Assembly (NCBI GenBank): GCA_030390025.1
Contig: CM059432.1
Location: forward strand, 90,770,001-90,834,000
DNA: 64,000 nt
Reading direction: 5' to 3'
Source: Squalus acanthias
Lineage: Eukaryota
The notes under the pieces were generated by a model. It had not been told where the DNA came from. It was given only the letters and a program-made list of their open reading frames with translations, and ran no database searches. Positions 21,834-35,398 of this stretch are shown piece after piece (position 1 is the first letter of the stretch; the number at the start of each line of letters is the position of its first letter). The position numbers and the translations under genes are program-made.

Positions 21834-22289
21834 ATGGTATTGAAGGGAAGGTGGCTTTATGGATAAGGGAATCACAATGGGACAAGAGCAAGGAGTAAGG
21901 GTTAAATGGATGTTTTGGTGCTCCAGGATGTGGGTAGTGGTGTGTCATAGGATCAGTGCTGTGACCTTTTTCTGTATCCTTTTATATAAATGATTTGGAA
22001 TTTGGAGGGGCGATTTTCTCACTGGAGGGGAGATGGAGGCGGGTTTCGGTTTAGGTGGGTTTGAAACCCGCCTCCACTGATAGTTTTCAAAAAATTGCGA
22101 TTTTCCCATGATTGGCTACTTGATTTCAGAGGTGTGGGATGCCCTTGGTTAATTAGTGTTTTGGGACTGAAACTCGCTTCTGCTGACATCACTTTTCCAG
22201 TCTGATTTTATGGCTTCTTGCTCCCTTGGCTCATTCCACAGGATTTCTGCCTATGCTGCACCACCTGCAACATATTCTGAGAAACCACT

Positions 22290-22535
22290 ATGTCCAATTC
22301 CAAGGCAAGGGCCTCCCTGAGGGGCTCGGATGAGGCGCTGCAAATGTTGTTTGAGGGGGTGACAGCAAGCAGGGAGGTGCTATTCCACTCATCTGGGAGG
22401 AAGAGGCCTCCCAAAGAAACCAAGGCTGTGTGGGTACAGCTGGCAAGGGATATAACCTCCAGATCTGTGTGCAGATTGGGAGAGTGTTTCTGTGTATTGA
22501 TGAAATGCCATCCCTGTTGGAAAACATTAAAATGA
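22290..22535 (+). pseudogene. Truncated Harbinger Myb/SANT-like ORF
   Basis: SDEALQMLFEGV...EVLF...KRPP...W matches the other Myb ORFs here, but the RTWxQCRKxFNDL helix is missing. Confidence 0.75.
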
Positions 22536-22716
22536 TTTGATGCCAAAATGTTGGCGTTATGGCATCTGTTCCTTCGCCTTAGGCAGCTCCACATTGTGGG
22601 CTCCACCACACTTGCGTTGTCAGGTTGGTGGCCTGAGTGAAAGGAGGCCAGAGAGTCATGTCCATTGTCAATGATGTCTTAGGATGGAGCTAAGGACATG
22701 TGCCAACTTAGGCAAC

Positions 22717-24020
22717 CTATGCAAATCTGGCCATGATAAGTTCATCCCTTGCATCCCGGGCAGTCATGTGCTCGCGTACTGCCGCTGCTGCTGGTCGATA
22801 CACCGGTGCTCTGACCTCCTCCTGCTCCTCCTCCTCCTCCTCCAGATCCTCCCCCTCCTCAGCCTCCTCCTCCTCCTCATCTGAGGAGGGCTGGAACTGA
22901 GCCACTTGCTCATCAGGAAGCTGCAAGCCACGACGCTGTGCGATGTTGTGTTGTGTACAGCAGACCATGACCATTCTGGAGACCCTGTATGGTGTATACT
23001 ACAGGGCTCCACCTGATCGGTCAAGGCAACGGAAGCGCATCTTCAACAACCCAATGGTTTGCTCGATGATGGATCTGGTCAAAGTGTGGCTGGCGTTGTA
23101 GTGCTCTTCAGCCTCGTTAGCTGGCCTCCTGATCAGCGTCATTAGCCACTTCTTCAGGGGGTAGTCTTTGTCACCAAGGAGCCATCCGTTAAGTTGGTTT
23201 GGCGGATTGAAAAGTGGAGGAACACTACAGTGCCGCAGGATGAAAGAGTCATGGCAACTACCACAGAACTTGGCGCAAACATGCAAGAACTCCTTCTTGT
23301 GGTTACACACCAGCTGTATGCTGAGGGAGTGGAAGCCCTTTCGGTTGACAAAGATAGCTGGGTTGTGATGGGGTGCCCTAAGGGCCACATGTGTGCAGTC
23401 TATGACACTCTGCACCATTGGCATGCCTGCCATATATGCAAAGCCAACCGAACGGGCGGTTACACTTGCTTGATCTCTTGAGAACTGGATGTAATTGTGG
23501 GCCTTAGCAAAAAGGGCATCGGTAACCTGCATGATGCAACTGTGGCCGGCCGACTGGGAGATGCTGCTGATGATCCCTGGAAGGAGCCTGAGGCAAAGAA
23601 GTTGAGTGCGGTGGTGACTTTGACAGCCACTGGTAAGGGGTGTCCACCTGTTCCTCTGGGCACCAGGTCTTGCTGCAGCAGTCCGCAGATCACTCGGACA
23701 ACCTCTCGCGAAAGTCTCAGCCTCCTTTGGCACTGCTGCTCACTCATGTTGAGGTAGCTCATCCTTTGTCTGTAAACCCTCTGTCGGGGGTATCTCCTGC
23801 GGCGAGGTGCCTCGATGCGCTGGCGCCTTCTGCCCTGTGCAGCATCAGGTGGCTGAGCAGGAGGTTGGGGCTCCTGCTGCTGTTGCTGCTGAGCTGCCTG
23901 AGCAGGAGGTTGGGGCTTCTGCTGCTGTTGCTCCTGAGCTGCCTGGTTCTGCTGCTGCCGTGGATGCTCCTCATCCTCATCTGAGGTCCATGGAGAAAGA
24001 AAACGAATAGTTCCCATCAT
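22717..24020 (-). pseudogene. Harbinger (HARBI1-like) DDE transposase with one frameshift near 23570 and one stop near 23000
   Basis: [57 protein letters not shown], acidic C-terminus. Confidence 0.9.
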
Positions 24021-25394
24021 GCTTGCAGATGCCTCCGTTGGGGAAGCGCTAATTGCAAGCGGGGAGAGGGTCTTCCAAGGAGGTCCCACAGTTGATAGAT
24101 TCAAGCTGCAGTACCTCTGACTTCGGAAGGCCTTCTAAAAGTGCTCAAAGACCTTTTAAAGCAAAGTTCTGGCACCTGCAGGTAATCCTTGATGAAATAA
24201 ACGATGTATTGTTAGACCTGCAGCTGTGAGGAGATCACTCACTTGTCAACCCACCAGGTTTAGCTGGCATGGTATAGGAGGGTCGTGGAACACGTCAAAA
24301 TGCTCCAAAAATCACGAGGGCCTCTCAAAATAGGCTTAGAGAGGCCCTTAACAAGCATTTAATTATGTTAACTAGCGCTATGGCCAGCTGGAGGCGGGAC
24401 CGTTTCCCGACCTCCAAAACCGGCACCGGCAAAATCCCGCGGAGGCGGGTTGGAGGCGGGTTCCGAACCCGCCCTCATTGTTTCTGATTTTCCCGCCTTT
24501 CCTGCCTCCAAACCCGCCTCCTCCGACATCAGTAAATCGCCCCCTAGGTAAAAGGAAATTATATCAAAGTTTGCTGATGATGCCAAATTTGAGGAATGAC
24601 AAACTGAGGAAGAATACAAGAGATTTCAGGATATTGGAGACAGGTTAGCAGAGTGGGAAGATAGGTGGCAGATACATAATGTGAAGTATCACATTTTGGG
24701 AAATCAGCAGTGAAAGGAAGTGTACCATAAATCGTAAAGCTCTTAACAGTGTGGAAGGGCAATCTATGGTTGTAGATACATAAATCTTTAAAGTGCAGGG
24801 AGTGCAGGTTGAACAGGCTATAAAAAGGCAAATAGAATTCTGGGTTTTATGCATAGGCCCATTGAATATAAAGGCCAGGAGGTGATATTTAATTTGCGCA
24901 AGACATTGGTTAAGCCATAGTTGGAGTATTGTATGTAGCTCTGGGGCCCCCACTATAGGAAAGATATTAAAGCTATGCAATGAGTACAATGAAGATTCAC
25001 TAGAATTATACCAGGAAGGAAAATTATAGTTATAAGGAAAGGCTCTAAAATGAATTATTTTTCTCTGGAACAGAGAAGATTAAAGAGGGATCTTTTAGAA
25101 GGTTTCAAGATAAGTAGTGAACGATTGTTTTCATTGGTTGCAGATTCTCTAAAGATTATTATGAGGAAAAAAAGGGAGAGTTAGATATTTTTTCACACAA
25201 AGGTTATTAGAGTACAGGTGTTATTGAGGGCGAGATTATTAAAAGGGAAAAGTATTTAAAAAGGAAGGATATAAGGAAAGAACAGGATATTGAGATTAGA
25301 GTGGACAGCTCCTGTTGGAAAGGTATCACTGGCATAGGCATAATAGGTAAAGTGACTCCATTCTATGATTGTAAGACATATCAAACCTGCTTAG

Positions 25395-25498
25395 ATCAGC
25401 AAATTCAGCAAATAGACTGAGGATTGAATCTGGTATTTTCCTGGTCTCGGTGGCTCAGTTACTTACTGGATAAACTCACTGAGCCATCAGTGGAGCTG
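25395..25498 (-). mobile_element. tRNA-derived SINE head (LF-SINE-like), decayed
   Basis: Minus strand tggctcagtgag...ctgagcca...gaccaggaa...gattcaatcc shows A/B-box-like motifs. Confidence 0.55.
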
Positions 25499-25640
25499 GA
25501 GTGATTTTTTTTTTACAGATGTTTCATGCAGATGGTCTTTCCTTGGCTATAAATAAATCTACTTTTCTTGATTTAAATATTATTTTTCTCTCTTTATTTG
25601 TAATTCTGCACCTTATTTGTCTAAATTTGTTCAGCTCTAT

Positions 25641-26530
25641 GGGGGGAAAATTCAGTTGGTTGCGCCTCCCGTTAGCGCCTTAAGAGGGCGCTAATGGGGC
25701 GCAAAGCAGCTAGCGCCCGGGCACGGCAATGTTTGCGCCGCTCGCGAAATTAACTAGACATTTTGCGGCTGCGCTAAACACTACCGCCACGATCTCCTGC
25801 GCCGGCAGATCGTGACGTCATTCGAGTGCGCAACGCCCCGGTATCGCCCCGGAGCGGATATTGAGTGGCGCCCCCTGCCTTACCGCCTGCCGCTAGCAAC
25901 GACAGGTTGAGGGGAGCGTTTTGCAGTCAGGAAGGGACTGGGGGAGCGCTATTTAAAGGCGACTGCTTCCTGCCTTTTATTGTTGGTGACACTTTTTGAA
26001 CCACACATTCTGAGAGAGAGAGAGACTTCTGGAGAGATTCAACGCTGTGTGAAGGAGTTTGGGTACTGAGCAGCACTTTGCAGGTTCATTTTTGATTTGC
26101 TCTTCCTTGTATCGATTTAGAAGAAACTGTGGGGGCTGCAATCTGAGCTCTTTCCCTGGTACTCTCCATTGTTCTTTCCAGCAGATTTGATGTACAGGTC
26201 TCTCCAGGCCGAGATTCAAGGCTGCAATGAGCAGGATGTGGATGGAAAGCAAGATCAACCCTCCCCTTTAAGAACTGGCCCGTGCCATTGTGTGTGTGTT
26301 CCATTGCTGACTGACATCACATGAGCTTCGCCAGCGCTCTGAGGTAGCGCCTCGCTCCTCGGCCTTTGCGCCTTCAGACAGGTGTGAAGCGCCTGATTTA
26401 GCGCTCCAATCACCTCCAGGGGCGATAAAAGTCAAGTTTGCAGTCGGAGGCGATAATTAGCGGCAGGCGCTAATCTTTACGCCCGGCCGATAATTGCGCC
26501 CCAAATGGGGCGATACTGAATTTCTCCCCC
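25641..26530. mobile_element. PIF/Harbinger MITE (TAGCGCC family), complete
   Basis: TIRs GGGGGGAAAATT / AATTTCTCCCCC; perfect TSD TAT. Confidence 0.9.
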
Positions 26531-26848
26531 TATATCTCTTGTATATTAAAAATGGTCACTAGTGATTGGTGCTAAGGTACTGCACCTTTAGGTGACAGTG
26601 TGAATGTAACATGTGAATTAATGACTGAAATGGAACAGCACCTAACATTATGCGACAATTAAAAGTATGACAGTAAAGAAATTGCTGTACCGGGAAGCAA
26701 AAATATTTCAAAGTAAGCTAAACTCATCTTTCAAATAGCGAGGACATCAGAAAGAGATCTAGACCAGATATTATAAGAAACAAAATTTTTCCTCAAAATG
26801 TCAGCCTAACTAGTTCATTGGCCACTGACCACAAAACCTTGTACGGGA

Positions 26849-29382
26849 AACAACAACAACTTGTATTTATATTGCGCCTTTAACGTAGTAAAACATCCCA
26901 AGGCGCTTCACAGGAGTGTTATAGGACAAAATATTGACACCGAGTCACATAAAAAATTAGGGTAGATGACCAAAAGCTTGGTCAAAGAGGTAGGTTTTAA
27001 GGAGCGTCTTAAAGGAGGAAAGAGAGGGGGAGAGGTTCAGGGAAGGAGTTCCAGAGCTCAGGGCCTAGGCAGCTGAAGGCACGGCCACCGATAGTTGAGC
27101 GATTATAATCAGGGACCCTCAAGAGGGCAGAATTAGAGGAGCGCAGCTATCTCGGGGGGGGCGGGGGGTTGTGGGGCTGAAGGAGATTACAGAGATAGAA
27201 AGGGGCGAGGCCATGGAGGGAATTGAAAACAAGGATGAGAATTTTGAAATCGAGGCGCTGCTTAACCGGGAGCCAATGTAGGTCAGCGAACACAGGTGTG
27301 ATGGGCGAACGTGACTTGGTGCGAGTTAGGACACCGGCAGCCGAGTTTTGGATGACCTCAAGTTTACGCAGGGTAGAATGTGGGAGGCCAGCCAGGAGTG
27401 CGTTGGAACAGTCAAGTCTAGAGGTGACAAAGGCATGGATGAGGGTTTCAGCAGCGGATGAGCTGAGGCAAGGGCGATGTTACGGAGGGGGAAGAAGGCG
27501 GTCTTTGTTATGCTGCGGATTTGTGGTTGGAAGCTCATTTCAGGGTCAAATATGACACCAAGATTGCGAACAGTGTGGTTCAGCCTCAGACAGATGTTAG
27601 GGAGAGGGATGGAGTCAGTGGCTAGGGAATGGAGTTTGTGGCGGGGACCGAAAACAATGGCCCGTAATTTCCGATAGAAGGCATCCTACGTGCGGATGCC
27701 TCCTATGGGGAAAAAATCTATGCCCTTACCTGAGGGCTCCCGAGGTCCGGACTCTTCCGATCCTGGGCCTTTCCTGGTGCGCGCGTGCAAAGGCCCAGGT
27801 ATCCCAGGGGCGCGCGTGCAAAGGCCCAGGTATCCCAGGGGTGCAGGCGGTTCGCAAGCGTCCCTGGGATCACGTGGGCCAGGCGAGCCAATGGGAGAAG
27901 GGAATCCCCCTTATACTTTTGACAGGTAGACCTGTCAAAAGTATGAATGGGAATCGCTGAAAAAAGACACTACAACATTAAATAATTTTTTTTTTAAATC
28001 ACATTTTTAAAATGAGTTAAAATTACATTAAATTAAATATTTTAAACAAAAATGTAATTTTTTGAAAAAAATAATTAAAGTTTTTTACGGTGCTAAAATT
28101 AAACTTACGTTTTTTAAAAATATTTTTACATTATAAATGAGTGAAAAAATTTATGTTTTTACTTTTTTAAACTCTTATGTTGGTAAAAGCAGTCCTTACG
28201 CCTGCTTTTACCAGGCGTAAGATTTTTAAAGGATTTCAGCGGGCGGAGGTTCTGCAGAAAGCGGAACTCTCCACCCGCAGAGGTCCTTCTCCAGGGCAGG
28301 CATGCGATCTGTCAAGAGGATTCTTGACAGATCGGAAGTGCCGGTTTTCAGCTCGTACACACTCGTAGGCATCGGAAATTATGGGCTAATAGCTTCGGTT
28401 TTCCCAATATTACTCATCCAGAACTGTGTGTCGGACAAGCAGTCGGGACAATTTAGACACCGTGGAGGGGTCGAGAGATAAAGTAGTGAAGTAGAGCTGG
28501 CTGTCGTCAGCGTACATGTGGAAACTGACGCTGTGTATTTGGATGATGTCGCCAAGGGGCAACATGTAGATGAGAAACTGGAGGGGGCCAAGGAAAGATC
28601 CTTGGGGGACACCAGAGGTAATGATGCGGGAGCAGGAAGAGAAGCTGTTGCAGGTGATCCTCTGGTTACGATTAGATAGATAAGAATGGAACCAGGCGAG
28701 TGCAGTCCCACCCAGCTGGATGACGGTGGAGAGGCGTTGGAGAAGGATGGAGTGGTCAACCGTGTCAAAGGCTGCAGACAAGTCAAGAAGGACGAGGAGG
28801 GTTAGTTTACCTTTGTCACAGCCACAAAGGATGTCATTTGTGACTTTGATGAGAGCTGTTTTGGTACTGTGGCAAGGGCGGAAACCTGATTGGAGGGATT
28901 CAAACATGGAATTGCCGGAAAGATGGGCACGGATTTGGGAGGCAACAACATGTTCAAGGACTTTGGAGAGGAAAGGGAGGTTGGAGATGGGGTGGTAGTT
29001 TGCAAGGACGGAGGAATCAAGCTTTGGTTTTTTGAGGAGAGGGGTGATGATGGCAGATTTGAGGGAGAGGGGGACAGTACCTGAGGAGAGAAAACCATTA
29101 AAAATATCAGCTAACATGGGAGCCAGAAAAGGAAGTTGGGTGGTCAGCATTTTGGTGGGAATAGGGTCGAGGGAGCAGGAGGTGGGTCTCATGGACAAGA
29201 TTAGCGCAGAGAGGTCATGAGGGGAGATCGGAGAGAAACTGGAGAAAGATGTGAGTTCAGGGCTAGGACAGGGAGGAACCTTAGAGGAAGTTTGGCCCAG
29301 TGGGCTAGGGGAAGGAAGGGAAGTGGCAGAGGCAGCTGAACGGATGGTCTCAATCTTAGAGACAAAGAAGTCTATGAGCTCT
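26849..29382 (-). mobile_element. L2 LINE, 5'-truncated, split by a MITE
   Basis: ORF 28410-29198 (LDPIPT, PISNLPFLSK, QSGFR, DLSAAFDTVDH, GVPQGS, YADD); (TTG)n tail at 26849. Confidence 0.9.
27659..28387. mobile_element. MITE with GGCCC TIR and AWT target
   Basis: TIRs GGCCCGTAATTT / AAATTATGGGCT; TSD AAT; internal tandem duplication of about 31 bp at 27779-27841. Confidence 0.85.
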
Positions 29383-30799
29383 CACATGGAACAGAAACAA
29401 AGAAAGAGGATGCGCATATCAGGAATTAAAACATAGAGAGAAAATCCCCAAAAAGCATTAACGGCTTGAATACAATGGCACAAAATTATTTTGCACAAAC
29501 CCTTCCAACCAAGACAAACTCCAATGCCGCTTCCTAGATCCAAAGAAATTCGAAACAACCCTTTCAGCAATCTATCCCCAACTAACACAAAGCGAGCTTC
29601 ATTCTTTCAGTTGTACAAGCTGAACTTCGTGAGCAACAACATCCCTATGCCCATAAAACAGGAACCAAGTAGCATACTCCAAATCCAGATGGTTCAAAAA
29701 TAGCAACTACACCGAAGACCAAAGTCAGCACTTGGTCCGTAGATAACCTCTCCTTAAACAGCGATCAGGCCCTAGATCGGAAGACAGTCTCCTGACCCAA
29801 GCGATCAGGGAGTCTCCGAACCCCCTCTCCCAAGCAAAGAGTGGACGCTAATCTACTGACCCCATTTCTTAGACTGTCACCAACAGAGGAAAGAATCTTA
29901 AACAGGAAACTGAAGCAAGTTGATGTTTGAGATAGAAACGGAAAGGAAAGCCGAAGAAGCCTAAAGCAGAAAATTATTCTCATAGCAAGTAATGGGACCC
30001 TTCAACACTGAGCAAGTAATGGAATAGCCTCAATGCACTGACAGTGAACCCACCTACAGCCATTTGGAGTGTTTTTATTTTGCCTTAATAATAGAATTCC
30101 ACCTGAATTGCTTTACCCTAATGTTCCTCCTTTAATTTGTGGATGGATGAAAATAAATCCCATTAAGTGATATTTTATCCTTCCTCATTGAATAGTGCCA
30201 CTTAGTTAATTGTTTGTCCCCATCACACTACTTGGCTTTCCTGTGAGCCTGTTCAAATCGCCCATCTCTCTGAAAGGGCACCTGAACATGTAAAAAAAAA
30301 TACAGCGGCAATGACTAACCTTGCCATGTCAGATACTAAAGCATACCCCCATCCCCCAAAAACCCTCCTCCTGTAGTAAAAACAGCGTTAGCTACTGCCT
30401 TCCTGGAGATTGGTGGGTCATTCTTGCTATAATAATTGAAACCCCAACGAGATGAACACTAGTGAATTCCCAAACACTGCTTTGGCCCACTTCCTTCCTT
30501 CCCCACCCGCTCCGCACCCCCCCCCGCCCCAGAATGTTTGTTCCAGCCAACATATCATGTTTAGCCCCTCCCCACTGAATGTATATGACCACCTTTCTCG
30601 ACCAGAACCCACCCCCCCACTCCCCATTCACCACTGAACCTCTTTACCTGAATCCATAGTAATTAACCCCCACCTTCCTAGCTCAAATTTAATCAAAGCT
30701 GGGGAAGGGAAGGAGAACAAAGCACTGTGCCCCCAGCCGAGATAAATATCTGGGCCTAATGGGCAGAAGAGATGCTCATCAACCGCCCACTAAGGTAGT

Positions 30800-31020
30800 T
30801 TCTCTGCCTTTGCTCCTCTGTTCCTGTCTCCATCCCCCCTCCCCCATTCAACACTTTTCTCCTCTTTCCCCTAACTCCTCTTTTCCGTATCCTTTTCCCT
30901 TTTTCCTCTTCTCTGCCTCCCCTTTCTGTCCATCTCCCCCATCCACTTTACCTCATTATCCTCTCCACCTTCCTGCTTCTCGCTCTTCCCATCTGCTTCC
31001 TCCCACCTTCCCCACCTAGG
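30800..31020. repeat. Pyrimidine-rich low-complexity tract
   Basis: Almost entirely C/T on the + strand. Confidence 0.7.
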
Positions 31021-31574
31021 TCCAATTATCCCAGTGCCCTCTAAAACTTTTTGACCTGAATACTGCTAATGGTCTTGACTCTCCGTGTGCAACACTACAG
31101 GAGATCATCTAGTATTATATTAAAAATCTGTCAATTGGCTTGTTCTTGCTGTCCACTAACCTTACTTCCGATGACATAATTTTGAATCACGATTTTGATG
31201 CCATTATTTAATATTGAAAACATATATAATGGGCAAATTCTATCTAAAGATGTAAACCTTTCTTTTGCCATCACAATTTGTTGATGAACCAATTGAATTA
31301 CTCAAAATTGTCCTTTATAATTTTCAATAGCTTCATTAAAGTCTTTACTTCAATGTCTCAACCTCTCTTGTAAACCTGGGTTTTGACTGAATATTTTTAC
31401 CTTACAGCAGTTGGAGAGATCTTTCAACTACACCTGTGCATTCTGAGCATGTGTAATCTGCAGAATTTCCCAGCATGCAATCTGTGCATTAACACGAGTT
31501 ATAGGATAGAAGGGTGTGTTTTCTCATTCAGTGAGGATTTGAGTTTCTTTGTATTTTCCAAACTTTGAAAACTA

Positions 31575-31906
31575 CAGGAAACTTTCGTTTATCCGGCACC
31601 CAAATATCCGGAATTCTCGCTTAACCGGCAAAAATCAGGTAAGTTTTATTATACACACAAGACCCCGATTCTGACCTTTCGCCCCCACGAAAGGGGGGTC
31701 AACGTTCTTCCGACTCGGACCTGTCGCCGCCACGGAGGAAAAAGCCGGAGTCACGTTTACCTTCCCTCTCCGGGTCCCAATTTTTAAACCTGTGGCCGTG
31801 TACGGGGCTCTCGTACCTTGGTAAGTATACCTCTCTGTAATCCGACACTTTCGATCAACCGGCACCACGCCGGTCCCGTCGGTGCCGGATAAACGAAAGT
31901 TTCCTG
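31575..31906. mobile_element. Tc1/mariner (pogo/Tigger-like) MITE
   Basis: Perfect 26-bp TIR CAGGAAACTTTCGTTTATCCGGCACC; TA TSD on both sides. Confidence 0.9.
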
Positions 31907-32949
31907 TATGTAGATTTTATTCTCTAAGCTTTATTTTATGTAATTCTGGATTTATTTAATTTTGTTTACTGCAGGTAGCACCTGTGAACAACAGCACCTG
32001 TGATAGTGGGGGGTTTTTATGGTTAGAAAAGAACACCCTTCCAGTATTCCCTGATCCCATCCGCAGTGTTCCCAGATCCTGAGACCTCCATTCTAAATGG
32101 CTCTAGATGCTGGGATCTCTCGCCCAGTGATCTCAAATCCTGGGACCTAAAACTCATGAAACCCTGGAACCCTTACGGTGCTCCCAAACTCTGAGACCCC
32201 CTCCCCCCTCAAAATATCGCTAGATCCTGAGACCCCCATTACAGTACTGTCATATACCAGGCCCTCTTCCCAATGCTCCCATGTCCCAAGGTCACTCCCC
32301 TTTCGTGTTAATAAGTCAATGCCCCTAGTAATGCCATGTCTTAACACCCTGTTCTTATAAAACCTTGGAAAATCTACCAGTAATTATAAAAACTGTACAA
32401 TAGTTTGTGCTTCTGATTACATTCATTCAAAATTAACTAGCATTTTGTAACATCCTGGCGTGCTAAATAGGCAAGCAAGGCTGACTAGAAAATGGTATAC
32501 GTCGCAACAATCTTATCAGCATTTATATATTTAAATCCAAAACCCACTCATTGATTACTTAGTTTAAGCCATATCTGTTAAACCTGATTTGATGTGAAGT
32601 TCATGCACTATACTTGCAAAGATAAAATAAGCAGGTTCAGGCAGTCAAAGTGTTCAAATAGTAGAAGTGGCAATGACTATTATACTATGTGAAAATAAAT
32701 CCATAATACAAATTGCTTTAGTGAAAACTGGATGAGCAGCTGATCTTTGTATTGAATTTCAGACTTCTCAGTGACCAGACAGGGAAGAGGAAAACGTAGC
32801 CTGGCTAGGGAAAGTTCTTACTTGATCAATACTTAGCGAATTATACTTGGCAGGTTTTTGTTGTAATCTGGAAAGAGTTTAAACTATTAAGCATGAGTAA
32901 AATCTTAGAGCAGTGAATTTCCCACTTGAAAAGCTCTGAGCACTTCTAT

Positions 32950-33577
32950 GGCACTAATATCACCCGTCTCCGCCCCTGCCTCAGCCGATCTGCTGCTGAA
33001 AACCTCATCCATGCTTTCGTGACCTCCAGACTTAACTATTCCAATGTCATCCTGGCCAGCTTCCCATCTTCCATGCTCCATAAACTTGAGCTCATCCAAA
33101 ACCTGCTGCCCATATCCTAACTCACACCAAGTCCTGTTCACCCATCACCCCAGTGCTCGCTGACCGAGATTAGGTCCTGGTTCACCAATGCCTCAGATTT
33201 AAAATTCTCATCCTCGTGTTCAAATCCCTATCTCTGTAACCTCCTCCAGCCCTACAACCCTCTGAGAACTCTGCGCTCCAATTCTGGCCTCTTATGCACC
33301 CCCATTTTTCTTCACCCAACCATTGGTGGCCATGCCTTCAGCTGTCTAGGCCATAAGCTCTTGAATTCCCTTCCTAAGCGCCTCTGCCATTCTACCTCTC
33401 TCTCCTCCTTTAAGACACTCCTTAAAATCTACCTGTTTGACCAAGCTTTTGGCCACCTGTCCTAATGTCTCCTTCTTTGGCTCGGTGTCAATTTTTTTTG
33501 TCTGATTATGCTCATGTGTAGCATCCTGGGATGTTTTACTACTTTAAAGGCACTATATAAATGCAAGTTGTTGTTGT
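32950..33577 (+). mobile_element. L2 LINE 3' fragment
   Basis: LIHAFVTSRLNYSN; ends tatataaatgcaagttgttgttg. Confidence 0.85.
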
Positions 33578-33977
33578 ATGATAGCCTGTCAATTAAATGC
33601 ATCGAATAAGGTGTTTTATCAGTAATTAAGAGGGTGGGCAAGCAATGCAGCCTATTCCCGATAATTGAAAGTCATCTTTGCATTAAAAAATGGAACTATT
33701 CAATCATTTAAATTAAGTAATGTAAATAACATAACAATGTGAGAATTCATTACTAAAAAACACTTGAATTATCAGATCATTTGAATTAAGTAATATTGAA
33801 TTTGCATTAGACTGCATTTTAAGAAACATTGAATAACCCGAGTAGCTTAGAATATCTGCAGAAATTAACTGGTCAGTAGCAAATTTAGGCAATATGAGTA
33901 TTCCTTTATAAAAAAAAATATTTTTGTGCACATTTTGTGTTGAATTTATGGAATGTTTGTATAATTTTGGACATACA

Positions 33978-35196
33978 GGGCTTGATTTTCCTTTCAATTA
34001 CTGCCCAATTTGGGGTGGTAAACAGAGTAAAATGGGGCAGTAATGTCTATCACCTCAAACGTCAGTCTAACATAGCACCAAAATTACCTCCCAAAAGAAA
34101 TCGGCCGTCTTTTTAAAGCCCACTAGGAGCCCACCCTGCTGCATTTAAATATGGTCAAGTGGGCATGGCTAACTTCTCCAACCCATTTTCCCAAATCTTC
34201 ACTCCAAACCCACCCCAGATTATCACCACCACTATATAATTGCCAGTAATACACTAGTAAAGTATTTCTGAGGCAGATACTGATTGGAGATCAGTTTGTT
34301 TACTTCAACTGAAGGTTGGTGTTACTTTGCATGCATAGCAACATATTTAATGTTTTGAAGGTTTTGTCAGGATTTTTGTTGCTATTTTTAGTCAGTTCTG
34401 TAAAAAGTAAATCTTTGGACTGGGGACATGGAATTCTCAGTCGCGATCTCTTTATTCCTTTGTTATGATCAGGAAAAGTGAGCCACCACAGAAGATGTTC
34501 CCTACACGCAGATACCCAGTCACCAGAATTTACAGACCAAGAAGATCGATACGAGAGGTTCCAGGTTCACACAGTGGACGTATTAGATGGGGGACATGGG
34601 GCTTGACCAGATTTTTCCACTTTGGCCCTTTCCCCACTCCTATTAAAATAGAATTTCTGTGCATTGTAAACATGCAGAGAGAGTAAGATCTCAGTGCTGG
34701 TTGGCTGCCAATACCAAAATTGGGCCAGCCAGCAGCTTGTAAAGGGTTGCAGCTGGCTAATAGAGGGGAGAAATTCCTTGGCAGGATTGTAGATTAGGAA
34801 AAACTGCATGCAAATTACCAGAAGAATTCTGGGCCAAGGAACGACCAGCTGAAGACATAGGAATGCTGCTTCCATAACTCAGTCACAAACAAACACATCA
34901 TCAATGTGGCATTTTCATATACCATTGCAAGGAGCCCCAAAGTAGTAAGAGTACTAGACTGAGGGAGTTGTGAAGTTCTAATGGGGACTGGCGCAATTGA
35001 ACCTTTGTGTCCCCCAGTTACAAGTCTGTCACTGCCACATTTGACAGACTGAGTGATCATTTAGAACAAGCAATAACAGCTGGCTTCACCAGTATTAGAA
35101 ACACGCTATGGCAAATCGTGGGACATCCATCTGGGAGGCATAGCCCTGAAGGTATAGCAGGACAAGTGTCTCAGAAGGTGGCCTTTTCTCATGCAG
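33978..35196 (+). mobile_element. Decayed Harbinger derivative
   Basis: TIR-like GGGCTTGATTTT; RRYPVTRIYRPRRS resembles the transposase motif [14 protein letters not shown]; a helical Myb-tail-like remnant lies near 35000-35190. Confidence 0.55.
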
Positions 35197-35398
35197 ATCA
35201 TAACAAGTTCCCCTCCCTCACCTCTTTTTCCGGTACATTGATGACTGTATCGGTGCCGTCTCCTGCTCTCGCCCTGAACTAGAACATTTCATTCACTATG
35301 CTTCCAATTTCCACCCTTCCCTCACCTTCACATGGTCCATCTCCGACTCTTCTCTTCCCTTCCTCGACTTCTCCATCTCCATCTCTGGGGATAGGTTA

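Larger units (their letters stand above)
22006..24544 (-). mobile_element. PIF/Harbinger transposon with a full-length but broken transposase and a truncated convergent Myb/SANT ORF
   Basis: TIRs AGGGGCGATTTT / TAAATCGCCCCC; TSD TGG/TAG; AACCCGCC subterminal repeats. Confidence 0.9.
21115..25370 (+). mobile_element. Old decayed CR1 hosting two Harbinger insertions
   Basis: NYRPVS and SQHG upstream; YINDLEF precedes and ISKFADD follows the 22006-24544 element; decayed C-terminus to about 25370. Confidence 0.75.

Noticed and set aside
22717..24020. Domesticated HARBI1 or MSANTD/NAIF1 host gene
   Set aside because: Bounded by TIRs and TSD, contains a stop and a frameshift, and has a sibling copy in the window
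31975..32060. Strong acceptor (ttttgtttactgcAG) suggesting a host exon
   Set aside because: Downstream frame is not coiled-coil-like and I found no convincing donor
32050..32300. Loosely repeated AGATCCTGAGACC-like units
   Set aside because: Too degenerate and irregular to call an array or assign a function
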